Shown here piece after piece: positions 1 to 9,924 of a DNA stretch of 32,000 nucleotides. The notes under the pieces are model-generated. The model searched no databases and was not told where the DNA came from. It was given only the letters and a program-made list of their open reading frames with translations. A program made the position numbers and the translations under genes. Numbering within the stretch: position 1 is the stretch's first letter; each line of letters opens with the position of its first letter. The DNA comes from Vibrio alginolyticus NBRC 15630 = ATCC 17749 (lineage in GTDB: Bacteria; Pseudomonadota; Gammaproteobacteria; Enterobacterales; Vibrionaceae): contig NC_022359.1 in assembly GCF_000354175.2 (NCBI RefSeq), forward strand, positions 1,050,001 through 1,082,000, written 5' to 3'.

Positions 1-1
1 T

Positions 2-838
2 TGGGTGGTTGTGGAGTCGCCTGCATTTTATGGTGCATTGCAATCCTTAGAGCGGTTAGGTTTGAAAGCGCTCTCAGTAAGAACAGACCCAGTCACGGGC
101 ATTGACCTAGACTCATTGGAACGAGCGCTGCAAACACACGATGTGAAAGCGTGCTGGCTGATGTCGAACTTCCAGAATCCTCTGGGTTTTACGCTTTCTA
201 ACGAGAAAAAACAAAAGCTGATTGAACTGACACAGCGATATAACGTGCCAGTGATTGAAGATGACGTGTACAGCGAACTGCATGCAGGGAATGACTCGGT
301 TTATCCACTAAGAATGTTTGATGACACGGGCAATACCATGTTGTGCTCCTCGTTTTCAAAATCATTAATCGCAGGGCTACGTATTGGTTGGGTTGCGGCG
401 GGAAAGCGGGCGCTAGAGGTACAAAAGTTACAGTTAATGAGTACATTAGCGACGAGTGCACCAGTGCAAATGACATTGGTACACTATTTAACAAGCCGCA
501 ATTATGAATCTCATTTGAAGCAGTTACGGAAAAAGCTGTTTGAACGTAAAAGTAAGATGACGGTTCTGCTTAGTGAGCTGTTACCTGAAGCAGTCAAAGT
601 GTTAAGCCAAAGCGGTGGGTACTTTATTTGGTTAGAGCTTCCCAAGCATATTGATGCCTTGCCGATATATCGAGAAGCGCTAAAAGGTAATATCAGCATC
701 GCACCGGGAAAGATGTTCAGCCTGACAGAACAATACGATCACTGTATTCGTCTTAACGCTTCTTTTGAGCTCAATGACAAATATGTTCATGCTCTCAATC
801 TGCTCGCTAATATTATTCGCGAGCATTTGGCGAAATAG
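2..838 (+). CDS. C-terminal PLP-dependent aminotransferase-like domain of a MocR/GntR-family transcriptional regulator (5' end outside window)
   Basis: Reading frame is open to the window edge (codon 2-4 TGG, no upstream stop). Class-I aminotransferase signatures are present, including NFQNPLG and the PLP-lysine motif SSFSKSLIAGLRIGW. Stop is TAG 836-838. Confidence 0.75.
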   Translation, partial: WVVVESPAFYGALQSLERLGLKALSVRTDPVTGIDLDSLERALQTHDVKACWLMSNFQNPLGFTLSNEKKQKLIELTQRYNVPVIEDDVYSELHAGNDSVYPLRMFDDTGNTMLCSSFSKSLIAGLRIGWVAAGKRALEVQKLQLMSTLATSAPVQMTLVHYLTSRNYESHLKQLRKKLFERKSKMTVLLSELLPEAVKVLSQSGGYFIWLELPKHIDALPIYREALKGNISIAPGKMFSLTEQYDHCIRLNASFELNDKYVHALNLLANIIREHLAK

Positions 839-847
839 CGACTTTCT

Positions 848-1396
848 TCAGTTTTTTGGTTTAATGGAGCGCGCCGGATTTCCAACAACTCGATCGCCCG
901 GCGCAACGTCTTTGGTTACGACAGAGCCAGCGCCGACGACGGCCTCATCGCCAATGGTCACGCCCGGCAGTATGATTGCGCCCCCACCAATCCAAACGTT
1001 ATTGCCAATTGTTACCGGTTTGGCGATCTCATCTCCGGCTAAGCGTCTTTGTGTATCGAGTGAATGAGCGGCTGTGTAAATTTGCACTCTAGGCCCAATC
1101 ATGACGTTCGCGCCAACCTCAACCTGCCCATTGTCCAGAATAATGGCATCCCAGTTGATGTAGGTGTTTTCTCCGATGGACAAGTGACAACCGTAGGTAA
1201 GTTGTAGCGGTGGCTCTATACAGGCGCTGTTTTTTAATTGGACGCCCATTTCCGCCAATAGTTGTCTACGGATATCTGGGTTTGGCTCGTGGTTAAATTG
1301 GAAGACAAGCTGCGCAGTTTTGGCGCGCATTAGCTTTAGTTCTTCATCCAGACAATTATAGGCTTCTCCAGAGCGCATCCGAGTCAGTTCTGACAT
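848..1396 (-). CDS. maa: Maltose/galactoside O-acetyltransferase (hexapeptide-repeat, Maa/LacA family)
   Basis: Collinear by eye with E. coli Maa, from the N-terminal GE.Y...DE.L...R pattern to C-terminal KPVTIGNNVWIGGGAIILPGVTIGDEAVVGAGSVVTKDV..VGNPAR. ORF-track start 1435 is trimmed to ATG 1396 (MSELTRM...) to fit the family N-terminus. Starts at 1405 or 1435 remain possible. Confidence 0.85.
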   Translation of the reverse strand: MSELTRMRSGEAYNCLDEELKLMRAKTAQLVFQFNHEPNPDIRRQLLAEMGVQLKNSACIEPPLQLTYGCHLSIGENTYINWDAIILDNGQVEVGANVMIGPRVQIYTAAHSLDTQRRLAGDEIAKPVTIGNNVWIGGGAIILPGVTIGDEAVVGAGSVVTKDVAPGDRVVGNPARSIKPKN

Positions 1397-1726
1397 AACA
1401 ATCATTCCATCAATGTTATTTGCAATAAGGTGCATAATAGGTGAGAGTGATTCGAAGTGAAAATTTGATGCTTAAAAATCAGAAAGTTATCACTGATTTA
1501 CCTTGCGTATCCAGTTGGTTGATTGGCTCGTTTAGTTCACAAAGACGTATTCCCTAAATGGCTTAATCGGTTGAAAAAGTGGGAAACCACTCGAAGCGTT
1601 TTACGTAGATTACAATATAGTTAATAGGAAGAACTTAATTGAGCCGCTGCGCTATCGATTGGGCTAAAAATATAAGACTTATGCGCTCTGGCTTGCTGAT
1701 AACGATGAATCAAGAGTGAGCACTTT

Positions 1727-2593
1727 ATGTTCGAACGGGTCATTTCATTTTTAGAAACAACACTGTTTACCTTTAACGAACAACCTATCACGTTGTGGGC
1801 GATATTGATGGTGCCGACATGGGTCATTGTCGCTTTATGGTTATCCAAAATTTTGATCAAAACCGTTACGTCAAGAATGTCTTCATCGGGGAAAGACCCA
1901 AACGTGATTCATTTGGTTAAACGGATATTATTTGTCATCGCTCTCGCCATTATTTTTATGACCACACTTTCGATGATAAATGTGCCAATTACCGCGTTTG
2001 CCTTTCTGTCTGGTGCCATCGCTATCGGCTTCGGTTTTGGTGCGCAAAACATCATTAACAACTTCATAAGTGGCTGGATTTTGATTGGTGAAAAGCCAAT
2101 CCGAATTGGGGACTTTTTAGAGGTTGAGGGCGCCAAAGGCACTGTCGAGCAAATAAATACACGCTCAACGAGAATCAGACGAACCGATGGTGTTCATATG
2201 CTCATACCCAACAGTCAGTTGATTGAGAACGTGGTGATCAACTGGACGTTATGCGACAGATTAGTTCGTGGCTCTGTCGTCGTCGGTGTCGCGTATGGGA
2301 GCGATGTCAAACAGGTTGCTGCCTTAATGGCGGAAGTGACTTCGCAGCAAGCGCAAGTTCTGAGTTCGCCAGCGCCAGATGTGTTTTTTCAAGACTTTGG
2401 TGACAATGCTTTGATCTTCGAATCTTATTTTTGGATTAACTCAACGGTTGAGGGCGGTATTCGCTCGGTCGCAAGTGCCATGCGTTTTGAAATCTACGAA
2501 GCTTTCGAAAAGCACGGCATTGAAATCGCGTTTCCACAACGAGATGTGCACATTGATGGGCAAATCAAGTTGTCTAGGGAGAGAAACGGATAG
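1727..2593 (+). CDS. Small-conductance mechanosensitive channel, MscS family
   Basis: 288 aa with hydrophobic N-terminal helices followed by the MscS pore/beta-domain signature GFGFGAQNIINNFISGWILIGEKPIRIGDFLEVEGAKGTVEQINTRSTRIRRTDG..MLIPNSQL. Confidence 0.85.
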   Translation: MFERVISFLETTLFTFNEQPITLWAILMVPTWVIVALWLSKILIKTVTSRMSSSGKDPNVIHLVKRILFVIALAIIFMTTLSMINVPITAFAFLSGAIAIGFGFGAQNIINNFISGWILIGEKPIRIGDFLEVEGAKGTVEQINTRSTRIRRTDGVHMLIPNSQLIENVVINWTLCDRLVRGSVVVGVAYGSDVKQVAALMAEVTSQQAQVLSSPAPDVFFQDFGDNALIFESYFWINSTVEGGIRSVASAMRFEIYEAFEKHGIEIAFPQRDVHIDGQIKLSRERNG

Positions 2594-2638
2594 GGCGATA
2601 AGCGGTATTGGTGTTCTTATCTTGGTGTCGAGTAACCA

Positions 2639-2673
2639 TAGCGAGGCGGTCACAACACGGATTCACCTCGCTA
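2639..2673. terminator. Hairpin between convergent mscS-like and DUF1840 genes (candidate shared terminator, no clear U-tract)
   Basis: TAGCGAGG (2639-2646) pairs with CCTCGCTA (2666-2673), giving an 8-bp stem and a 19-nt loop. It lies in the 98-bp gap between two convergent stop codons. Confidence 0.3.
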
Positions 2674-2691
2674 GAAACCAGTTTGAAGGCG

Positions 2692-3012
2692 TTATTGGTT
2701 GTCCCACATGACTTCGCATTCTTCTTTGATTGCTGATTTTAGCAACTCAATCAGTGGAAAAGCTCTGCGTCCTAGGCTTACCGCGGGCTCTGCTTGTTCT
2801 TCCTCTTCGTCTACATCAGTAGGGAGGTTTTCTTCAGCTGCATTTTTCGCAGATAGAGCAGAAGTTAACCTTGATAGCGCGTTAGGAACATCTTGAGCGG
2901 AAATTGATCCCGGCACAGTGCCGCTGTGACCCATCATTTTGAGCATATCTAATGCAATATCACCAAACATTGTGACGTTTGAGTGGCTTCGACAACGAAA
3001 TGTTATGAGCAT
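2692..3012 (-). CDS. DUF1840-family small acidic protein (function unknown)
   Basis: 106 aa. The pattern MLITF.C......V.MF...A...L..MG.....G.I.A.DVP.AL..L, then an acidic linker, then RAFPLIELL..A......V.W matches my recollection of DUF1840 proteins. The gene is monocistronic between hairpins. Confidence 0.65.
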   Translation of the reverse strand: MLITFRCRSHSNVTMFGDIALDMLKMMGHSGTVPGSISAQDVPNALSRLTSALSAKNAAEENLPTDVDEEEEQAEPAVSLGRRAFPLIELLKSAIKEECEVMWDNQ

Positions 3013-3120
3013 TTACCTGATCCTGTTTTATACGTTCGCTTTGAAACTAAATTGTAGCTGAAATCAGGCACTAATTAATGTGATGAAGACCGTTGAGCGT
3101 TAAGGTTTTTATGAGTAACA

Positions 3121-3155
3121 ATAAAAAACGGGCACGTACGTCTGCATGCCCGTTT
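3121..3155 (-). terminator. Rho-independent terminator of the liu operon
   Basis: AAACGGGCA (3126-3134) pairs with TGCCCGTTT (3147-3155). On the minus strand the stem is followed by a run of 6 T (complement of 3123-3128). It sits 33 nt downstream of the liuE stop. Confidence 0.8.
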
Positions 3156-3187
3156 AAATACATTATTTGATTATGATAGTTGATGAT

Positions 3188-4090
3188 TTACAAGCTATAC
3201 GGATCGCCTAGAGCCAATGCGACCCTAGAAGCAGGAGACTTTCCTAACGCACGGCAAATTTGCCAACCCGCTTCATTGATGACGCCAAGGTCAACGCCTG
3301 TTTCAATCCCAAGTTGCTCACACAGATAAAGTACATCTTCCGTTGCAACATTGCCACTGGCTCCTTTCGCGTAAGGGCAGCCGCCGAGCCCCGCTACTGC
3401 GCTATCAATGGTGTTGATGCCCATTAACAAGGCTTGATAGATATTGGCTAATGCTTGTCCATAAGTGTCATGAAAATGTACTGCGAGCGCGTCTTTTGGC
3501 AGTAGCGTTAACAACGAATCCAGCATGGCGATAACGCGATTAGGTGTTGCCTTACCGACAGTATCACCGAGCGAAATCTCATAACATCCCATATCAAACA
3601 ACGTATTGGCGACCTTGGTAGTTTGCTCTGGCTTGATTACTCCCTCATATGGACACACCATGGTACAAGACAAGTACCCGCGTACAGGAATGTTGTGCTG
3701 GTTCGCCAATTCGATAACGGGCTCAAATCGAGCGAGACTTTCGGTAATGCTGCAGTTGATGTTCTTCTGGCTGAACGTTTCTGAAGCGGAGCCAAATACC
3801 GCAATTTGCTTTACACCGCTTTCCAGCGCACGTTCTAACCCTGCGAGATTTGGTGTGAGAGCGCTATAAACCACGTCAGGCTTTTTTGAGATACCAGCAA
3901 ACACCTGATCGGAATCGGCCATTTGAGGCACCCACCTTGGAGAGACGAAAGATCCCGCCTCAATATGCTTTAAGCCACTGCTGCTTAGTTGGTTAATCAA
4001 ACGGATTTTATCAACCAGCGTCACTGACGTTTCATTTTGCAGACCATCACGAGCGCCGACTTCGACGATATTAACCTTCGCTGGTAGCAT
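3188..4090 (-). CDS. liuE: Hydroxymethylglutaryl-CoA lyase
   Basis: HMGL-like TIM-barrel signature VEVGARDGLQNE, with full-length similarity to HMG-CoA lyases. ATG 4090 is preceded by AAGGAG with a 7-nt spacer, embedded in the liuD 3' end. The ORF-track GTG 4111 is the less likely alternative. Confidence 0.9.
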   Translation of the reverse strand: MLPAKVNIVEVGARDGLQNETSVTLVDKIRLINQLSSSGLKHIEAGSFVSPRWVPQMADSDQVFAGISKKPDVVYSALTPNLAGLERALESGVKQIAVFGSASETFSQKNINCSITESLARFEPVIELANQHNIPVRGYLSCTMVCPYEGVIKPEQTTKVANTLFDMGCYEISLGDTVGKATPNRVIAMLDSLLTLLPKDALAVHFHDTYGQALANIYQALLMGINTIDSAVAGLGGCPYAKGASGNVATEDVLYLCEQLGIETGVDLGVINEAGWQICRALGKSPASRVALALGDPYSL

Positions 4091-6119
4091 ATTCGCGCTC
4101 CTTATCTTCACTGACGTTATCCGATATCAAAGCCAAATTCAGCAGGATGGAACCGTGCTGTACTTGGTCCCCGTGCTGATAAAACAATTCGTCGACTTTT
4201 GCTGCTACCGGAGCCGTGATGGTGTATTCCATTTTCATTGCTTCGAGTACCAAAAGCGGATCGCCCGCCGCCACTTCGTCACCTTTAGCCACCATAACTG
4301 CTGAAATTATGCCGTTGAGTGGTGCGGTTGGACTTAGTTCATCGTCAATATCTTTTGCAGAGTCAAAGTTAGGTTGATGAGCAAACGTGCGTTGCTGGCC
4401 AAGATAAAACAGTGTTGTCTGTTGCTCATCGCTAAGTGCATTCAAGGTGTAACGCACATTATCAATATCGACGATAAACTGGTTGCCACTTTCAAGCAGG
4501 ATGACTTGATGCAGCTCCTCACCACATCGGACAGTGAAGTGAGATCCTGTATCTTGCGATGATTGTTGCAAACGTGCCTGATGGTTGGCTTTGGCATCCG
4601 TGAAGTTAAATCGGTAAACGTTGTCAACTGACAGTCTAAAACCTCGTTTGGTTGGCGCGGGTAACGTTGAGCTGTCTGATTTTGAAATGAGATCATTCCA
4701 ACGAGCAACCGCCGCCAATGTAAGCCAGATTGAATCCGACACGTCTTGCTGCTCATTTATGCCTTGTTGATGTGTTACGAGGAAACCTGTATCGAGCTCA
4801 ATCTCGGCAAAGGTTGGCTGCGAAATAATGCTGTGCAGATAACCAATGTTTGTCGTTACTCCACGTACGTGATATTGAGTTAACGCCTGCTTAAGCTGCT
4901 TTAGCGCGATATCACGAGTTTGCCCCCAGACGATCAGTTTGCTGATCATTGGATCGTAATATTCGCTGATGCTATCGCCTTGGGTAACACCACTATCAAC
5001 GCGTACGCACGCTAGGCGCACATTACTGTCTGATACGGGTTCTTTTAAGTAGTCAATGCGGCCAGTCGACGGCATAAAGTCATTGTCTGTATCTTCTGCG
5101 TAAATTCGCAGCTCAATTGAATGACCGTTGTGGGTGATTTCAGATTGCGAAATAGGTAAATGCTCGCCAGCTGCGACTTTGAATTGCCACTCCACCAAAT
5201 CAACGCCGGTGATCAATTCAGTGACAGGGTGTTCAACTTGCAGACGGGTATTCATCTCCATGAAGTAGAATTGACCTCGGCTATCGAGTAAGAACTCCAC
5301 CGTGCCAGCGCCAACATAGTCGATCGCTTGAGCGGCCTGAACCGCAGCTTCACCCATTTGTTTACGCAGTGCATCACTAAGACCGGGAGCTGGTGCTTCT
5401 TCGACTACTTTTTGGTGACGGCGTTGAATGGAGCAATCGCGATCAGAAAGATAGACACAGTTGCCATATTGGTCAGCAAATACCTGAACTTCAACGTGGC
5501 GAGGCTGCAATATGCATTTTTCGATTAGAAGCTGCTTATCGCCAAAGCTTGAAAGTGCTTCACGCTGCGCACCGTCGATGGCCAGAGGCATTTCGGCTGC
5601 GCTATTGACCACTCGCATGCCTTTACCGCCACCCCCTTGGGTTGCTTTAAGCATCACTGGGTAACCGATTTTTTCAGCTTCCGCTAATAAGTGCTCTACG
5701 TTGTTGTCTGTGCCGTGATAGCCCGGAACCAAGGGCACGTTCGCCTCAGACATGATGGCTTTGGCTTGCGACTTCGAACCCATTGCTTCAATTGCGCTGG
5801 TGGAAGGGCCAATAAAAACAATGCCATTTTCGCTGCACGCTTTCGCCAGTTTCGGGTTCTCGGAAAGAAAACCATACCCAGGGTGGATAGCATCGGCTTG
5901 CCATTTTTTCGCAGCGCCGATAATCGCATCGATATCGAGATACGATTCACTCGCCGGAGCGGGGCCAATGAATTCAGCGAAATCCGCTTGTTTAACATGT
6001 AAGCTGCTGCGATCCGCTTCGGAATAGACGGCTACCGTCTCTATAGCCATGCTTTTTGCGGTTTTAATGATTCGGCAGGCAATTTCACCGCGGTTTGCGA
6101 TCAGTATTCTTTTAAACAT
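4071..6119 (-). CDS. liuD: 3-Methylcrotonyl-CoA carboxylase alpha subunit (biotin carboxylase + biotin carrier domain)
   Basis: N-terminus ILIANRGEIACRI, ATP-grasp glycine loop GGGGKGMR, and a C-terminal biotinyl domain with LEAMKME. Start is moved from 6149 to ATG 6119, which is preceded by GGAGG. This start overlaps the liuC stop by 8 nt (ATGTTTAA). Confidence 0.92.
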   Translation of the reverse strand: MFKRILIANRGEIACRIIKTAKSMAIETVAVYSEADRSSLHVKQADFAEFIGPAPASESYLDIDAIIGAAKKWQADAIHPGYGFLSENPKLAKACSENGIVFIGPSTSAIEAMGSKSQAKAIMSEANVPLVPGYHGTDNNVEHLLAEAEKIGYPVMLKATQGGGGKGMRVVNSAAEMPLAIDGAQREALSSFGDKQLLIEKCILQPRHVEVQVFADQYGNCVYLSDRDCSIQRRHQKVVEEAPAPGLSDALRKQMGEAAVQAAQAIDYVGAGTVEFLLDSRGQFYFMEMNTRLQVEHPVTELITGVDLVEWQFKVAAGEHLPISQSEITHNGHSIELRIYAEDTDNDFMPSTGRIDYLKEPVSDSNVRLACVRVDSGVTQGDSISEYYDPMISKLIVWGQTRDIALKQLKQALTQYHVRGVTTNIGYLHSIISQPTFAEIELDTGFLVTHQQGINEQQDVSDSIWLTLAAVARWNDLISKSDSSTLPAPTKRGFRLSVDNVYRFNFTDAKANHQARLQQSSQDTGSHFTVRCGEELHQVILLESGNQFIVDIDNVRYTLNALSDEQQTTLFYLGQQRTFAHQPNFDSAKDIDDELSPTAPLNGIISAVMVAKGDEVAAGDPLLVLEAMKMEYTITAPVAAKVDELFYQHGDQVQHGSILLNLALISDNVSEDKEREYATSEG

Positions 6120-6894
6120 GATTCCTCCAATTGGCGGCGCGCTTTTCAAAAAATGCAGCTAGTCCTTCTTGTCCTTCACTGGACACGCGAGCGGTTGCAA
6201 TAGCTTGGCTGGTGTATTCAATTAATGAATGATCGATAGGTTGGTTATCACAGCGTAAACAAAGTGCTTTTGCAGCCTGCATGGCTTGTGGACCGTTGTT
6301 GAGCAGGTGATCAATGGTGCGATTGACGGCTTCACGTGGTTGAGCGTCTATCTGATGAAGAATACTCATCGATAGCGCGGTTTCGGCATCAATCAGTTCC
6401 GCGGTTAAAAAGTAGCGTCGGCTTTGTCGTTGTCCAATCGCTCGGATTACGTAAGGTCCGATGGTGGCGGGTAACAAACCGAGCTTCACTTCACTCAAAC
6501 AGAAGCGGCTTTCAGGTGTACCAATAGCGATATCGCAGCAGCAGATAAGCCCAAGTGCGCCGCCAAATGCAGCGCCATGCACCATAGCAATAGTCGGTTT
6601 GCTAAAGGTATCCAGCGTATGCAAAAGTTTTGCTAGTTGCTGTGCATCTTGCAGGTTTTCACCCTCGGTTTTGGTTGCCATTGACTGCATCCAGCCCAGA
6701 TCTGCTCCCGCAGAAAAGTGTTTCCCTTGCGCCGTTAGTACCAATGCACGTAGAGAGTCGTCTCTCTCAAGTTTTTCCAAGGTTTCGATAAGTGAAGCAA
6801 TTAATTCATCATTAAACGCGTTGTGTTTTTCTGGCCGATTCAGGCTCAACCAGGCAACGCCATTGCTGTCTTTTTCAAGCAGTAGTCCGGTCAT
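6112..6894 (-). CDS. liuC: Methylglutaconyl-CoA hydratase (crotonase superfamily)
   Basis: 260 aa crotonase fold (FSAGADLGWM, GAAFGGALGLICCCDIAI). It lies between the two MCCase subunit genes. RBS is AGGAAG upstream of ATG 6894. Confidence 0.85.
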   Translation of the reverse strand: MTGLLLEKDSNGVAWLSLNRPEKHNAFNDELIASLIETLEKLERDDSLRALVLTAQGKHFSAGADLGWMQSMATKTEGENLQDAQQLAKLLHTLDTFSKPTIAMVHGAAFGGALGLICCCDIAIGTPESRFCLSEVKLGLLPATIGPYVIRAIGQRQSRRYFLTAELIDAETALSMSILHQIDAQPREAVNRTIDHLLNNGPQAMQAAKALCLRCDNQPIDHSLIEYTSQAIATARVSSEGQEGLAAFFEKRAANWRNHV

Positions 6895-6987
6895 GTGACT
6901 TCCTTTGTCTGATATTCCAATACTCGCTAACCATATACTTTACGAACATCGGTATTTGCGAGGAGTTAAGATTTGCCTTGCATCCGA

Positions 6988-8595
6988 CTACATACGGAAG
7001 ATGCCAAATTTGCTGTCTGGTATCGACGCATTAAGCGCAGCAGACAGACCAATGCCGACAACATCACGGGTTTTCGCAGGGTCAATAATGCCGTCGTCCC
7101 ACAAACGAGCACTGGCGTAGTATGCATGGCTTTGAGTCTGATATTGCTCCGCAATTGGACGTTTGAACGCTTCTTCTTCCTCTACGCTCCAGCTTTCACC
7201 TTTGCGAGTTTTGATATCGCGGGTCACTTGCGCCATCACGCCAGCCGCTTGCTCTCCACCCATGACGGAGATGCGCGCGTTTGGCCACATCCACATCATG
7301 GTTGGATCATAAGCGCGGCCACACATGCCGTAGTTCCCTGCGCCATACGATCCACCAATCACTACGGTAAACTTCGGCACGTCTGCACACGCAACAGCAG
7401 TTACCATTTTCGCACCATGTTTGGCGATGCCTTCGGCTTCGTACTTCTGACCGACCATAAAGCCCGTTATATTCTGCAAGAAAAGCAGAGGAATTTTGCG
7501 TTGTGCGCACAGCTCAATAAAATGCGCGCCTTTTTGTGCTGATTCCGAAAATAGAATGCCGTTGTTAGCGACAATGCCAATCGGCATACCGTGAATATGG
7601 GCAAAGCCACAGACCAAGGTTTCGCCGAACAAGGCTTTAAATTCATCGAACTGGGAATCATCAACAATTCGGGCAATGACCTCTTTAACATCAAACGGCT
7701 TTTTAAGATCAGTACCGACGATACCGTACAGCTCTTGGGCAGGAAAACGTGGATCCTGTGGCGTTTTTTGCTTGAGTTGAACGGGTTTTAAGTGGTTGAT
7801 TTGAGATACGGCTTGTCTTGCCAGTTCTAATGCGTGGTGATCGTTTTCTGCATAATAATCGGCCACGCCAGAAGTGCGACAGTGAACGTCTGCGCCACCA
7901 AGATCTTCCGCGCTGACTTCTTCACCAGTCGCTGCTTTTACAAGAGGTGGACCTGCCAAGAAAATCGTGCCTTGTTCTTTGACTATGATGGATACGTCAC
8001 ACATGGCAGGAACATAAGCGCCGCCAGCGGTACATAGCCCCATGACCACCGCAATTTGTGGAATGCCTTTGGCCGACATACGGGCTTGGTTGTAGAAAAT
8101 ACGGCCAAAATGGTCTTTATCTGGGAATACCTCATCTTGGCGGGGTAGGTTAGCGCCGCCAGAGTCGACTAAGTAAACACACGGCAGTTGGCATTTTTCT
8201 GCAATTTCTTGTGCTCTTAAGTGCTTTTTCACGGTGAGTGGGTAGTAACTGCCGCCTTTTACCGTCACGTCGTTCGCGACGATCATGCACTCAGTGCCGT
8301 CAATCACACCCACACCTGCAACCACTCCAGCACATGGAACGTAATCTGGATACACATCCCAGCCAGCAAATTGACCAATTTCTAGAAAGGACGAACCAGG
8401 GTCGAGTAGGGCAAGAATGCGCTCACGTACCGGAAGTTTGCCTTTCTTCTGCTGATGCTCGCGGGCTTTCTCACCGCCACCATCTTCTATTTGGGCAGTC
8501 ACGGTATAAAGTTGATCTACAAGTGACGCCATAGAGCGGTAGTTTTCCTGATACTGCTCTGAATGGGTATTAATATTGGTCGTCAAACAAGCCAT
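6988..8595 (-). CDS. liuB: 3-Methylcrotonyl-CoA carboxylase beta subunit (carboxyltransferase)
   Basis: 535 aa carboxyl-transferase protein with both CoA-carboxylase CT subdomains (e.g. [29 protein letters not shown]). Operon context fits. Confidence 0.92.
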   Translation of the reverse strand: MACLTTNINTHSEQYQENYRSMASLVDQLYTVTAQIEDGGGEKAREHQQKKGKLPVRERILALLDPGSSFLEIGQFAGWDVYPDYVPCAGVVAGVGVIDGTECMIVANDVTVKGGSYYPLTVKKHLRAQEIAEKCQLPCVYLVDSGGANLPRQDEVFPDKDHFGRIFYNQARMSAKGIPQIAVVMGLCTAGGAYVPAMCDVSIIVKEQGTIFLAGPPLVKAATGEEVSAEDLGGADVHCRTSGVADYYAENDHHALELARQAVSQINHLKPVQLKQKTPQDPRFPAQELYGIVGTDLKKPFDVKEVIARIVDDSQFDEFKALFGETLVCGFAHIHGMPIGIVANNGILFSESAQKGAHFIELCAQRKIPLLFLQNITGFMVGQKYEAEGIAKHGAKMVTAVACADVPKFTVVIGGSYGAGNYGMCGRAYDPTMMWMWPNARISVMGGEQAAGVMAQVTRDIKTRKGESWSVEEEEAFKRPIAEQYQTQSHAYYASARLWDDGIIDPAKTRDVVGIGLSAALNASIPDSKFGIFRM

Positions 8596-8709
8596 AAATA
8601 GCCGATCTCCATTCGGTAGACGGGTGACACCACCCGCCTTTATCTATGTTGAATAAGATTTAGGTTGAATAAGGAATTTATTTAGATTCAGAACGCCTAG
8701 GTATGTTGA

Positions 8710-9879
8710 TTAGGCGCTTTCGTTAAACAATTCGCGACCAATAAGCATGCGGCGAATTTCTGAAGTGCCCGCACCGATTTCATACAGCTTGGCATCTCGC
8801 AACAAACGGCCCGTATCAAACTCGTTGATGTAGCCGTTACCGCCAAGTAGTTGAATCGCATCCAGTGCCATCTTGGTTGCCAGCTCTGCGCTGTAGAGGA
8901 TCGCGCCAGCAGAATCTTTACGTGTGGTTTCACCGCGATCACAAGCGGCAGCGACGGCGTAAACATACGCTTTAGCGGCATTCATTTGTGTGTACATATC
9001 CGCGATTTTTGCTTGAACTAGCTGGAATTCACCGATGGATTTACCGAACTGTTTACGGTCGTGAATGTAAGGCACAACGATATCCATACACGCCTGCATG
9101 ATGCCAAGTGGGCCGCCTGCAAGCACCACACGTTCGTAGTCGAGGCCGCTCATCAATACTTTCACGCCTTGGTTTTCTTCGCCGAGAATATTTTCCGCAG
9201 GGACTTCGCAGTTTTGGAAGACCAGCTCACACGTATTCGAGCCGCGCATGCCCAACTTGTCGAGTTTTTGGGCTTGAGTAAATCCAGGGAATCCGCGTTC
9301 CACAATAAATGCCGTGATGCCTTTGGAGTGCTGGCTTGGGTCGGTTTTTGCGTAGACAACATAGGTGTGTGCATCAGGGCCGTTGGTGATCCACATTTTG
9401 TTGCCATTTAATAGGAAAATATCGCCTTTACGTTCGGCTTTAAGCTGCATAGAGACCACATCAGAGCCGGCGCCGGGTTCACTCATAGCAAGGGCGCCGA
9501 TATGTTCACCGGAGATGAGCTTAGGTAGGTATTTCTCTTTTTGCGCTTGTGTACCGTTACGGTGGATTTGGTTGACGCAAAGGTTGGAGTGAGCGCCGTA
9601 ACTTAACGCAACCGAAGCGGATGCTCGGCTGATTTCTTCCATAGCGATAACGTGGGCGAGATAGCCCATGCCTGCACCACCAAACTCTTCGCTGGTGGTC
9701 ACACCTAAAAGACCCATGTCACCTAATTTGGACCAAAGATGGTTTGGAAAGTCGTTAGTTTGGTCGATAGATTGCGCTAGCGGCGCAATTTCTCTTGCAG
9801 CAAAACTATTGATTTGCTCGCGAAGCAAATCGGTATTTTCGTCATAAACAAAGTTCAGGGAAGAGTAGGTAGATTTCAT
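8710..9879 (-). CDS. liuA: Isovaleryl-CoA dehydrogenase
   Basis: 389 aa acyl-CoA dehydrogenase ([29 protein letters not shown]). It is the first enzyme gene after liuR. RBS is AAGGA, 6 nt before the ATG. Confidence 0.9.
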   Translation of the reverse strand: MKSTYSSLNFVYDENTDLLREQINSFAAREIAPLAQSIDQTNDFPNHLWSKLGDMGLLGVTTSEEFGGAGMGYLAHVIAMEEISRASASVALSYGAHSNLCVNQIHRNGTQAQKEKYLPKLISGEHIGALAMSEPGAGSDVVSMQLKAERKGDIFLLNGNKMWITNGPDAHTYVVYAKTDPSQHSKGITAFIVERGFPGFTQAQKLDKLGMRGSNTCELVFQNCEVPAENILGEENQGVKVLMSGLDYERVVLAGGPLGIMQACMDIVVPYIHDRKQFGKSIGEFQLVQAKIADMYTQMNAAKAYVYAVAAACDRGETTRKDSAGAILYSAELATKMALDAIQLLGGNGYINEFDTGRLLRDAKLYEIGAGTSEIRRMLIGRELFNESA

Positions 9880-9924
9880 TGCGTGTCCTTGCCTTTACGT
9901 CACCTACATCCCAGAGTTGAGGTG

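Noticed and set aside
1621-1860. 79-aa minus-strand ORF spanning the mscS promoter and 5' end; also the 7-bp hairpin AAATCAG/CTGATTT at 1476-1499
   Set aside because: The ORF overlaps the well-supported mscS start, has no RBS and has no recognisable domain. The hairpin is short, AT-rich and within chance expectation.
6895-6987. 93-nt liuB-liuC spacer examined for a hairpin, repeat or small ORF
   Set aside because: The apparent similarity between CCAATACTCGC and GGTATTTGCGAG is not a true reverse complement, and no stable stem or repeated motif was found.
6973-7542. Long antisense ORFs inside well-supported genes: 6973-7542 (+) and 6461-6898 (+) opposite liuB/liuC, 26705-27175 (-) opposite proW, 13764-14141 (-), 848-1067 region (+)
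   Set aside because: They lie entirely opposite genes with strong family signatures. They lack RBS motifs and have low-complexity Ser/Arg/Ala/Cys-rich translations, as expected from the antisense frame of biased coding sequence.
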